NCBI GenBank assembly: GCA_039794305.1
Contig: JBDIVX010000101.1
Location: 1 to 27,574, forward strand
Length of the DNA stretch: 27,574 nt
Source: Polyangiales bacterium
GTDB taxonomy: Bacteria; Myxococcota_A; Polyangia; Polyangiales; JBDIVX01
Direction: 5' to 3'
Positions 1 through 7,647 of the stretch are shown here, in pieces (the stretch's first letter is position 1; each line of letters starts with the position of its first letter). The translations under genes were made by a program, and so were the position numbers. The notes under the pieces are model-generated. The model did not search any database and was not told the DNA's origin. It saw only the letters and a list, made by a program, of their open reading frames with translations.

Positions 1-1
1 G

Positions 2-406
2 CGCACCGCCGCCGTCGCCGGGGCCGAGGCGGGGGTCGAGCGGGCCGCGGCCGCGGTCGCGGCACACCGGCGCGAGACGGCGGCGGTCGCGGGGCAGGAG
101 GCGCGCCGGGATGCGCTCGGAAGGAGCGCCGCCGAGATGCTCGGCGCCCGCGACTACCTCCGCCGCAGGCGCGCCGAGGAGGACGGGCTCCGCGACCGGG
201 TGCACGAGGCCGAGGCCCGACGCGCCGAGGCGGAGAGCGCGCTCGAGCAGGCGCGCGCCGCCCTCGCCGACGCCCGCGCGGCACGCGAGGCGGTCGAGCG
301 TCACCGAGAGCGCTGGCAGGACGAGCGGGCGCGCGTCGGCGAGCGGCGGACCGAGGCCGAGACCGACGACCTCGTCGCCTCCCGCCACCGCCCGAAGGGT
401 GGATAG
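2..406 (+). CDS. C-terminal part of a coiled-coil protein, FliJ/YscO-like (5' end lies outside the window)
   Basis: The frame is open from the window edge to TAG at 404-406, and GC3 is above 90%. The product is an Ala/Arg/Glu-rich coiled coil ending ...ERHRERWQDERARVGERRTEAETDDLVASRHR, which resembles the C-terminal signature of FliJ/YscO export chaperones. The family assignment is tentative. Confidence 0.4.
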   Translation, partial: RTAAVAGAEAGVERAAAAVAAHRRETAAVAGQEARRDALGRSAAEMLGARDYLRRRRAEEDGLRDRVHEAEARRAEAESALEQARAALADARAAREAVERHRERWQDERARVGERRTEAETDDLVASRHRPKGG

Positions 407-409
407 GCG

Positions 410-2050
410 CTACCAGGTGATCGTCACGCCGTACGTCCCGCTCCCCGAGGAGCCGAAGCCGTCGACGAACACCCGGAAGACGCCCGCGCCGCTGGTGGTG
501 GCCGACACCTGGCTCCTCAAGCTGCTGTACGTGCAGCTCGCGTCGTCGTTGCAGGCGAGCTCGCCGCTCGCGCCGTGCAGGTGCAGGACCGTGTCGTAGG
601 TCGTCGTCGACGTGCAGGTGGTCGCGGTGACCGAGCGGCTGTCGGACGGGCACTGCATCCAGTAGAACGCGTCCTCGGGGCTGCCCGCGCCGGACCCACA
701 GGACGCGCTCGCGGCGCCGGTCCCGCTCGTGCTGCCCGTGAAGGTCCCGCCGGCGGTGATGGCCGTGTTGTCGCCGCCCGCGGCCGGCAGGATCTGGTAG
801 CGCATCGTGATGGGTCCGCCCGTGGTGAAGCTGGAGTAGGTGTGGACCGCGAAGTAGTGCGTGCCCGCCGGGACCACCACCGCGATCTGGGTCTGGACGG
901 TCGAGCAGCTGTCGTCCATGCAGCTCGACGACGCGCCGGGGCAGCTCGTCCCCCGGTAGCTGATCCGGGTGTCGAAGCCGGTCCCGAACGTGTCGAGGTA
1001 CACGATGCTCCGCTGGCTCACGCTCACGCGGTAGAAGACCTCGACGCCGCTGCCGCAGTCGGTCGTCTGGGCGGTCGCGCCCGCGAGGGTGTCGCTCGAT
1101 CGGGTCCCGCTCCCGCTCAGGCTGATCGCGCCGCCGCAGCCGTCGTTCGGCGGCGCCGGCGGGCCGCAGCCGTCGTCCGCGACGCCGTTCAGGTCGTCGT
1201 CGCACCCGTTGCCGCACGTCTCGGAGGCCGCCGCACACGGCCCGAAACCGCAGGTCGCGTTGCAGGTGCGCGTCCCCGCGGTCCCGCACGTCGTCGTGCA
1301 CGAGCCCGTCCCCGACCCGAGCACGCAGTCGTACCCGTCGTCCGGCGCGCCGTCGCAGTCGTTGTCGATCCCGTCACAGACCTCGGCAGCGCCCGGGTGC
1401 ACCGCGGCGGCAGAGTCGTTGCAGTCGTCGCCGCCCGCGCACCCTGCTGCTACGTGCCCGTCACGGTCGGCGTCGGTCCCCTGGTGCGTGCACGTGCCAC
1501 CGGGTTCGTTGCAGACGTCGGTGGTGCACGCCACGCCGTCGTCGCAGCTCACCGGCGTACCGCTCCGGCACCCGAGCGCGGGGTCGCACGTCTCGGCCCC
1601 GTTGCACGTCACCCCGTCGTTGCACTCCGCGTCGGTGGTGCACGGCGGCGGTGACACGCAGCCCTCGGTCGCGTCGCAGATCTGGGTGCCGGGGCACATC
1701 GTGTGGTCGGGGAGCTGCGTGCACTCGCCGCCGGGCTCTCCGCACCGGTCGACCGTGCAAGCGACTCCGTCGTCGCAGCCTGGATGCGGGTCCGTCGCGC
1801 AGCGGCCACCGGCGCAGCGCTCGGTGCCGGTGCACGCGAGGCCGTCGTCGCACTCGGCGTCGGTCGTGCAGTCCGCGCCGGGACCCGAGTCCACCCCATC
1901 ACCGCCGTCACGGCTCACGGGCTCCGCGTCGCGCAGAGGCGTTCCGGCGTCGGAGTCGCGGCTCGTCCGCCGCTCGGATCGGCCCCCGGTGGCGCAGCCC
2001 AACAGGGCGGCGAGCACGAGCGCGAGGACTGCACGCAGAGTAGACGCCAT
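410..2050 (-). CDS. Cysteine-repeat lipoprotein: Dictyostelium-type CTDC-like repeats, a MopE-like putative metal-binding motif, and two C-terminal ACNDD...VDG beta-sandwich-like domains
   Basis: ATG at 2048-2050 (minus strand) gives MASTLRAVLALVLAALLGC, a signal peptide with an LLGC lipobox. The 233 residues of the ORF upstream of this Met are R/S/A-rich junk. The body has CDDGxxCTxDxC repeats, a DADRDGHVAAGCAGGDDCNDSAAAVHPGAAEVCDGIDNDCDG segment, and two ~120-aa C-terminal domains ending ...ELACNDDAS...GAGVFRVFVDGFGSSGSGTYGVTITW. The stop TAG is at 410-412. It converges on the FliJ/YscO-like fragment with a 3-bp gap. Confidence 0.8.
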   Translation of the reverse strand: MASTLRAVLALVLAALLGCATGGRSERRTSRDSDAGTPLRDAEPVSRDGGDGVDSGPGADCTTDAECDDGLACTGTERCAGGRCATDPHPGCDDGVACTVDRCGEPGGECTQLPDHTMCPGTQICDATEGCVSPPPCTTDAECNDGVTCNGAETCDPALGCRSGTPVSCDDGVACTTDVCNEPGGTCTHQGTDADRDGHVAAGCAGGDDCNDSAAAVHPGAAEVCDGIDNDCDGAPDDGYDCVLGSGTGSCTTTCGTAGTRTCNATCGFGPCAAASETCGNGCDDDLNGVADDGCGPPAPPNDGCGGAISLSGSGTRSSDTLAGATAQTTDCGSGVEVFYRVSVSQRSIVYLDTFGTGFDTRISYRGTSCPGASSSCMDDSCSTVQTQIAVVVPAGTHYFAVHTYSSFTTGGPITMRYQILPAAGGDNTAITAGGTFTGSTSGTGAASASCGSGAGSPEDAFYWMQCPSDSRSVTATTCTSTTTYDTVLHLHGASGELACNDDASCTYSSLRSQVSATTSGAGVFRVFVDGFGSSGSGTYGVTITW

Positions 2051-2162
2051 GAACGACCGCGACGGATCACCAGCATACCGAAGCCGCGTGGGGTCGGTCC
2101 AATCCCCACCCGGCAGGTCGGGAACTTGCCGGAGGCGATCGGTCTTCCTAGCTTGTGATCCG

Positions 2163-4472
2163 ATGCACTTCCGCCGCGAGCTCGCCGCTGCCCTCCTGGT
2201 CGCGGTCGTCGGGAGCACCTGCGACTCCCCGTCCCAGCGGCCGGCGGCCGCCCAGCCGGCCACGCCTCCCCGGGCGCGGGAGCTCGATCCCGCGGTGGTG
2301 GCGGTCGATCCCGGCTCCCCCGTCGGGAGGGTCCGCGCGGCGCTCGCCGGGGGCGAGGCCGAGGCGGCCCTGCGCCTCGCGGAGGAGGCCCTAGGGGAGT
2401 CCCGCTCCCTCGACGAGGCCGCCCGTCTCCACTGGCTCGCGGCGACGGCGGCCGCCGCGCGAGGCGACGAGGCGGCCCGCCGGCACCGCGAGATGCTGGC
2501 CGGCGTGCGGCACCCGCTCGCGCGCTGGGCTCGCCTCAGGCTGGCCGAGTCGCTCGCCGAGGCCGCACCCGAGCAGGCGGCGCCGCTCGTCCAGGGCCTC
2601 ACCGGCGAGTGGGCCGGGCAGCGCGCGGCGCGCGTGGTCGAGGCGCTCGCGCTCGCCCGGTCCGGCCGGGTCGACGAGGCCGTCCCGAAGCTCCGGGCCC
2701 TCGTCGGGGAGGCGGCGGACCACGTGGGCGCCGCGACGCCGGGCATGCCGCTGGCCGAGATCCTGGCGGCCCGCGACGACCCCGCGGCCCGAGAGGAGGC
2801 GCTCGCGCTCTACCGCCGGGTCGCCACCCGCGCGCCGCTCACGAGCGTGGGGCAACAGGCGGCCGTGCTCGCCGAGGCCGTCCTGGCGTCGCTCCCCGAG
2901 GAGCGCCGGGCGGCGCTCGGCGAGCTGCCGATCGAGGATCGCTACGCGCGCGCCGATGCGTTCTTCCGCTCGATGCACCACGAGGACGCCGAGCGGCTCT
3001 TCGGCGAGCTGGTCTCTGCCCTGCCCGGGGACCACGAGCTGCGCTGTCAGGCGCGCCTGATGCAGGGCAAGGCGATGATCCGCCGGCGCGAGCGCGACCG
3101 CGGGGCCGAGCACATGGAGCGGGTGGCCGCCGAGTGCGCGGACCCGGACACGCAGGCGTGGGCACGCTACTACGCGGCGCGCGCTCACGCGCAGCGCGGG
3201 CGGAACGCGCAGGCCATCGCGCAGTACGCCCGGCTGCTCGAGGAGGCGCCCGAGCACCGGCTGGCGGACGACGCGCTGTTCCGCACGGCGCTGAGCGCGC
3301 TCGCCCAGGGTGACGAGGAGGCGATGCTCGAGCGCCTGCGGGCCGTCCCCGACCGCTACCCCGACGGCGACATGCGGGGCGACGCGCGGTTCCTCGTCGC
3401 CTGGCGCGCCCGCGCCGCCGGCGACTTCGCGGCCGCCCTCGCGGAGCTCGAGGCCTCGATCGAGGAAGGCCCGGGCGAGGACGCCGAGGACATCCGGGGG
3501 CGCGCGGCGTACTGGCGCGCACGCACGCTCGCGGACCTCGACCGGCGGGACGAGGCCGTCGAGGCGCTCGTGCAGGTCACGCGCGAGTGGCCGCTCGGCT
3601 ACTACGCGCAGCAGGCGGTCGCGCGGCTCGACGCGCTCGCACCCGAGCGGGCCGAGGAGGTCCGCGCGTCCTGGCGCGAGGGCAGCCGCCCCGACGAGCC
3701 GCTCACCTTCCCCTGGCGCGCGGAATTCGATCGTCCGGAGCTCGAGACGGCGATCGAGCTGCTCCGGGTCGGCGAGGTGGACCTCGCCGAGCGTGAGCTC
3801 GAGCAGATGGGAGCCCTCGGCGAAGGCGCCGACCCCGACATGCTCTGGGCCGTGGCGGCGCTGCTCGACCGGGCCGGCGCGCACCCGCAGGCGAGCCTCC
3901 TCGTGCGCCGCCGGCTGCCCTCGTTCATGCACACCGCGCCGACGGGCCGCGCGCGGCGCATGTGGCGCATCGCGTACCCGCGGGCCTTCGCCCCGATCAT
4001 CGAGGAGGCTGCGCGGGCGGAGGACGTCCCGCCCGCGTTCGTCCGCGCGGTGGCGCGTGAAGAGAGCGCCTTCGACCCGAACGCGGTCTCGGTCGCGCGG
4101 GCCTACGGGCTCATCCAGCTCATCGAGCCCACCGCGCGGAGGTTCGCGCGCGAGCTCGACCTTCCCGCCGACCCGCAGTCGCTCCGCCGGCCGGAGATCA
4201 ACGTCCGGGTCGGCGCGCGCTTCATCGGCTTCCTCTTTCGCCGCTACGAAGACAACCCGGCCATCGTCCCGTCGGCCTACAACGCGGGCGAGGGCGCGAG
4301 CGACCGGTGGCTCCGCGAGCGCCCCGACGAGCCGCTCGACGTCTGGATCGAGAACATCCCCTACGACGAGACGCGCCGCTACACCCGCCGCGTCCTGCAG
4401 ACCTATGGCGTGTACTCGTGGCTCGACACCCGCGACCTCCCGCCGCTCCGTGCCGAGCTCCCGCGCAGATAG
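2163..4472 (+). CDS. slt: Soluble lytic murein transglycosylase (Slt70-like: long alpha-superhelical N-region plus C-terminal SLT domain)
   Basis: ATG at 2163 gives MHFRRELAAALLVAVVGS..., a signal peptide. The C-terminal SLT catalytic motif is AREESAFDPNAVSVARAYGLIQLIEPTA, followed by ...AYNAGEGA. Stop TAG is at 4470-4472. The first 358 codons of track ORF 1089..4472 run antisense through the upstream lipoprotein gene and are rejected. Confidence 0.85.
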   Translation: MHFRRELAAALLVAVVGSTCDSPSQRPAAAQPATPPRARELDPAVVAVDPGSPVGRVRAALAGGEAEAALRLAEEALGESRSLDEAARLHWLAATAAAARGDEAARRHREMLAGVRHPLARWARLRLAESLAEAAPEQAAPLVQGLTGEWAGQRAARVVEALALARSGRVDEAVPKLRALVGEAADHVGAATPGMPLAEILAARDDPAAREEALALYRRVATRAPLTSVGQQAAVLAEAVLASLPEERRAALGELPIEDRYARADAFFRSMHHEDAERLFGELVSALPGDHELRCQARLMQGKAMIRRRERDRGAEHMERVAAECADPDTQAWARYYAARAHAQRGRNAQAIAQYARLLEEAPEHRLADDALFRTALSALAQGDEEAMLERLRAVPDRYPDGDMRGDARFLVAWRARAAGDFAAALAELEASIEEGPGEDAEDIRGRAAYWRARTLADLDRRDEAVEALVQVTREWPLGYYAQQAVARLDALAPERAEEVRASWREGSRPDEPLTFPWRAEFDRPELETAIELLRVGEVDLAERELEQMGALGEGADPDMLWAVAALLDRAGAHPQASLLVRRRLPSFMHTAPTGRARRMWRIAYPRAFAPIIEEAARAEDVPPAFVRAVAREESAFDPNAVSVARAYGLIQLIEPTARRFARELDLPADPQSLRRPEINVRVGARFIGFLFRRYEDNPAIVPSAYNAGEGASDRWLRERPDEPLDVWIENIPYDETRRYTRRVLQTYGVYSWLDTRDLPPLRAELPRR

Positions 4473-4476
4473 CGCC

Positions 4477-4640
4477 TAGAGCACAGCGCATGATCTCCGA
4501 CCGAGGATCGCGGTCGAGGTCGGTGCGGATGCAAGGCGCCGAGCCGCAGGAATACCGCGAGGTATTTCAAGGCTCGGCAACGCGGCAGACGCGCCGAGAT
4601 CGGCCGCGAGCCGACCGAGGAGATCATGCGCTGTGCTCTA
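4477..4640. repeat. 164-bp element bounded by perfect 22-bp terminal inverted repeats, MITE/REP-like or structured RNA (copy 1, complete)
   Basis: Left arm TAGAGCACAGCGCATGATCTCC lies at 4477-4498, and the right arm at 4619-4640 is its exact reverse complement. The interior has further hairpins (GCCGAGCC...GGCTCGGC). The element exactly fills the gap between the convergent stops of slt (4470-4472) and the RRM gene (4638-4640). Its right 86 bp recur at 17104-17189. Confidence 0.7.
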
Positions 4641-5234
4641 ATACTCGTAGTCGTCGTCGCGGCGCCGCCGCTTGCCGCCGCGCGGGCGGCCGCCGCCTCC
4701 GCGGTTGCCCCCGTCGTCGTCGGAGTCGTGGGGGCGGCGCAGCTTGTTCTTCTTCTTGCGGCTCTGGTCGCGTACACCCTCCGAGCCGAACGCGGGCGGC
4801 GGGGAGAAGCCACCGCCGAAGTCCCGTGGAGGACGGTCGCGCGGCGGCGGACGATCGCGCGGCGGCGGACGGTCGCCCGGGGGCGGACGATCGCGCGGGG
4901 GGCGATCCCGTGGCGGGCGATCCCGCGGCGGAAACGGACCGCTGCTCCGACTCGGACCGCCGCCCGGCCCGTCGCGCCGCGGCTCGCGCGGCCTCGCCTC
5001 GCTCACCGAGAGCCTGCGTCCGTCGAGGTCCATGCCGTCGAGGGTGTCGATCGCGGTGCGCAGCTCGGCTTCGTCACCGACCTCGACGAAAGCGAACCCG
5101 CGCGGCCGGCCGGTCTCCCGATCGGTGACGAGGTGGATGTCGGTGACCGTGCAGCCGCCCTGCTCGAAGAAGGCCCGGAGCGCCGCCTCCCCTGTGTCGT
5201 ACGACAGGTTACCTACGTAGATGCGAGTCCCCAT
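4638..5234 (-). CDS. RRM-type RNA-binding protein with an RDRPPP-repeat and Lys/Arg/Asp-rich C-terminal tail
   Basis: RNP-2 IYVGNL and RNP-1 RGFAFVEV are present in MGTRIYVGNLSYDTGE...RGFAFVEVGDEAE. The C-terminus is (P)PRDRPP x7, then RKKKNKLRR...GGKRRRRDDDYEY. The SD GAGGAG lies about 10 nt upstream of ATG 5232-5234. The stop TAG (4638-4640) is the terminal CTA of the inverted-repeat element. Confidence 0.85.
   Translation of the reverse strand: MGTRIYVGNLSYDTGEAALRAFFEQGGCTVTDIHLVTDRETGRPRGFAFVEVGDEAELRTAIDTLDGMDLDGRRLSVSEARPREPRRDGPGGGPSRSSGPFPPRDRPPRDRPPRDRPPPGDRPPPRDRPPPRDRPPRDFGGGFSPPPAFGSEGVRDQSRKKKNKLRRPHDSDDDGGNRGGGGRPRGGKRRRRDDDYEY
4821..4931 (-). repeat. In-frame tandem ~18-bp repeats encoding (P)RDRPP(P) x7 inside the RRM gene
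   Basis: The plus strand shows repeated CGCGGCGGCGGACGATCG-like units. The protein segment is PPRDRPPRDRPPRDRPPPGDRPPPRDRPPPRDRPPRD. Coordinates come from codon positions 102-138. Confidence 0.7.
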
Positions 5235-5284
5235 GGATGCCGGTCTCCTCGTCTCCTCTGCTGGCGCCAGGGATCGATGCTACG

Positions 5285-5304
5285 TGGCCGGCGTACGCCG
5301 GCCA
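5285..5304. promoter_or_regulatory. Perfect 20-bp palindrome TGGCCGGCGTACGCCGGCCA in the divergent intergenic region, a candidate operator or hairpin
   Basis: Read directly from the sequence; it is self-complementary over all 20 nt. It lies between the RRM gene start (5234, minus) and the aminopeptidase start (5365, plus). Confidence 0.4.
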
Positions 5305-5364
5305 ACCCCACACCGCAGCGCGCCCGTTGAAGGGCGACGGCCACCCGGATACCCTGGAGGTCGG

Positions 5365-6390
5365 ATGCCCGACGAGAGGTTGTCCCGGGTCAAGGTCGAC
5401 GAGCTCGACACGGCGGCGCGCCGGATGGTGGGGACCGCGCTCCGGCTGCAGGCCGGGCAGAAGCTCCTCGTGATCGGCGACCGCAGCTCCTCGCGCATCT
5501 CGGACGCCATCGTGCGCGCAGGCTTTGGAGCCTCCGCCCGCGTGTCGATGATCTGGCTGGACGACGAGGGTCCGCGCCCGATGCAAGCGCTCCCCGAGTC
5601 GATCGTCCACGAGCTCGAGCTGGCCGACGCGAGCGTCTTCGTCGCGGGCGCCCCGCACGCCGAGCTCCTCATGCGGCAGCATCTCCTCCATCTGGTGGGG
5701 ACGCTCCATCTGCGCCACGCCCACATGCCCGCGATCAGCGCCTTCGCGTTCGCGAGGGGCATGCGCGTCGACTACGACGTCGTCGCGCGCGACGGCAGGC
5801 GAGCTCTCGCGGTGCTCGAGCGCGCACGCACGCTCGCCGTGTCGTCGCCGCTCGGCACGCTGCTCCGCGTCTACCTGGCTCCGGAGACGAAGTGGTACGC
5901 CCAGCTCGGAGAGCTTCGGCCCGGCCGCTGGGGCAACCTCCCGGCCGGGGCCCTGTACGCCACCCCCGAGAGCGTGCACGGCGTGTTCGTCGCCAACGCG
6001 TCGCTCGGCGAGTACTTCGGCCGGCGTGAGGGTACGCTCCTGCACGCCCCCGTGACCTTCACCATCCAGGAGGGCCGGGTCGTTCGCGTGCAGTGCGAGA
6101 TGCGGGAGCTGCAGAAGGACATCGAGACGATCCTCTCCTTCGGCCCGAACTCGGACCGAGTCGGGCTCGTCGCGGTGGGCGTGAGCGCCGGCCTCAAGGA
6201 GCCGACCGGCGAGGCGCTGGTCGACCAGAACCTGCCGGGCCTGCACGTGTGCATCGGCGACCCGGCCGCGCGGGTCACGGGCGCCTCGTGGGGAGCGCGA
6301 ACCTCCTTCGCCGCATGCCAGGCGACCTCGACCGTCAGCGCCGACGGCGAGACGCTCGTCCGCGACGGCAAGCTCGTCCGGCCGGACTGA
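5365..6390 (+). CDS. M29-family (AmpS/PepS-like) aminopeptidase
   Basis: ATG at 5365 sits 4 nt after GGAGG (5356-5360). The 48 residues of the ORF upstream of this Met are R/P-rich. Blocks similar to the aminopeptidase T/AmpS family are present: ...RVYLAPETKWYAQLGELRPGRWGNLPAGALYATPE..., ...DRVGLVAVGVSAGLKEPTGEALVDQNLPGLHVCIGD... and ...VSADGETLVRDGKLV. The stop is at 6388-6390. Confidence 0.6.
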   Translation: MPDERLSRVKVDELDTAARRMVGTALRLQAGQKLLVIGDRSSSRISDAIVRAGFGASARVSMIWLDDEGPRPMQALPESIVHELELADASVFVAGAPHAELLMRQHLLHLVGTLHLRHAHMPAISAFAFARGMRVDYDVVARDGRRALAVLERARTLAVSSPLGTLLRVYLAPETKWYAQLGELRPGRWGNLPAGALYATPESVHGVFVANASLGEYFGRREGTLLHAPVTFTIQEGRVVRVQCEMRELQKDIETILSFGPNSDRVGLVAVGVSAGLKEPTGEALVDQNLPGLHVCIGDPAARVTGASWGARTSFAACQATSTVSADGETLVRDGKLVRPD

Positions 6391-6397
6391 AGACAGG

Positions 6398-7477
6398 CTA
6401 CTCGTCCAGCTCGGCGAGCTCCTGCAGGAGCTTGCGCGCGCGGCGGGAGAGCTTCTTCGGGACATCGACCTGGATGACGGCGATGAGGTCGCCGCGGCCG
6501 TGGCCGTCGAGGCGGGGGATCCCCGCGCCCTCGACCACCATGGTGTCGCCGGGTTGGACGCCGGCCGGGATGCGCACCGTCTCGGTCGAGTCGAGCGTCG
6601 GCACCTCGACGTCCGCGCCGAGCGCCGCCTGGGGGAAGGACACGTGCAGCTCGTGCACGAGGTCGTAGCCGTCGCGCGTGAAGCGCTCGTCCGGCGTCAC
6701 CTCCACCGTCACGTACAGGTGACCGGGCGGTCCGTTCATGCGCCCCGGCTGCCCCTGGTTCGCGAGCCGCAGGGTCTGCCCCTCGTCCACGCCGGCGGGG
6801 ACGGTCAGCCGCACCTTGCGTGCTCGCACCACGTCGCCGCGCCCCTTGCACTCCTCACACCGGTCGACGGCGACCGCGCCTTCGCCGCCGCACTGGCCGC
6901 ACGTGGTGGTCAGGACGAAGGCGCCACGCGCGTGCGCGACCTGGCCCCGCCCGCCGCACCCGCTGCACGTCTCGCGCTTGCCGTCCTTGGCGCCGGTGCC
7001 CGAGCAGGCGGAGCACGGCGTCGGGTGCTCGAGGTCGAGCTCCTTCTGCACCCCGAAGGCGGCCTCCTTCAAGCTGAGGAGCACGGCGGCCCGAACGTCC
7101 GCCCCACGGGAGGGGCCGTCGCGGCGGCGCCGCCGCGGGCCACCGAAGCCGCCGAAACCTCCGCCGAATCCCCCGCCGAAGAACTCGCCGAAGACGTCCT
7201 GGAAGTGGCTGAAGATGTCGCCGATGTCGCCGAAGCCCTCGTAGCCGCGCCCCTCGAGCCCGGCGTGGCCGAAGCGGTCGTAGACCTCCCGCTTCTGGGG
7301 ATCGTTGAGGACCTCGTACGCCTCGGAGGCGACCTTGAAGCGCTCCTCCGCCTCGGGGTCGTCCGGGTTGCGGTCTGGATGACAGTCGAGGGCGACCCGC
7401 CGGTACGCCTTCTTCAGCTCCTGCTCGGTCGCGGAGCGGGAGACCCCCAGGACGTCGTAGTAGTCCGGCTTCGACAT
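6398..7477 (-). CDS. dnaJ: Molecular chaperone DnaJ (type I: J-domain, G/F region, four CxxCxGxG zinc-finger repeats, C-terminal domains)
   Basis: [12 protein letters not shown]...[15 protein letters not shown] carries the HPD motif, followed by a [13 protein letters not shown] linker and CSACSGTG / CSGCGGRG / CGQCGGEG / CEECKGRG. The start is at 7475-7477 (Met32 of the track ORF). It converges on the aminopeptidase gene with a 7-bp gap. Confidence 0.95.
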   Translation of the reverse strand: MSKPDYYDVLGVSRSATEQELKKAYRRVALDCHPDRNPDDPEAEERFKVASEAYEVLNDPQKREVYDRFGHAGLEGRGYEGFGDIGDIFSHFQDVFGEFFGGGFGGGFGGFGGPRRRRRDGPSRGADVRAAVLLSLKEAAFGVQKELDLEHPTPCSACSGTGAKDGKRETCSGCGGRGQVAHARGAFVLTTTCGQCGGEGAVAVDRCEECKGRGDVVRARKVRLTVPAGVDEGQTLRLANQGQPGRMNGPPGHLYVTVEVTPDERFTRDGYDLVHELHVSFPQAALGADVEVPTLDSTETVRIPAGVQPGDTMVVEGAGIPRLDGHGRGDLIAVIQVDVPKKLSRRARKLLQELAELDE

Positions 7478-7488
7478 GGGTCCGCGCC

Positions 7489-7516
7489 AAGATAAGACGC
7501 ACGGCGCCCCGGTCAA
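7489..7516 (-). promoter_or_regulatory. Candidate sigma70-like promoter for dnaJ (TTGACC-N16-TATCTT on the minus strand)
   Basis: The plus strand shows GGTCAA at 7511-7516 and AAGATA at 7489-7494, which read TTGACC-N16-TATCTT on the minus strand. This would give a very short leader before the ATG at 7477. I found no CIRCE element or sigma32 -10 box. Confidence 0.2.
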
Positions 7517-7647
7517 GCGCGGAGGCGCGGGCGGCATTCTACGCCGCCCGCCCCCCTGGGCTTCCCTCATTGTTCGTGTCCGGTTTTATGGATTTGTTCC
7601 GGGAACCCTCGCGCCTCCCGGCTGTCAGTCCGGTCGGGAGGTACGAG

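Noticed and set aside
2391-3932. 513-aa minus-strand ORF and other R-rich ORFs (575..1654, 2609..3313, 2839..3522, 3310..4479) inside slt and the lipoprotein gene
   Set aside because: They are antisense or alternative frames of well-supported genes, and their composition (R/A/P/G runs) is not protein-like.
6398-7570. Upstream 31 codons of the dnaJ track ORF ([31 protein letters not shown])
   Set aside because: The J-domain begins at [12 protein letters not shown], which is where DnaJ proteins start, and the extension is R/P-rich.
7478-7647. CIRCE (HrcA) element or sigma32 promoter upstream of dnaJ
   Set aside because: I could not find a TTAGCACTC-N9-GAGTGCTAA-like inverted repeat or a CCCCATNT -10 box, only a weak sigma70-like pair.
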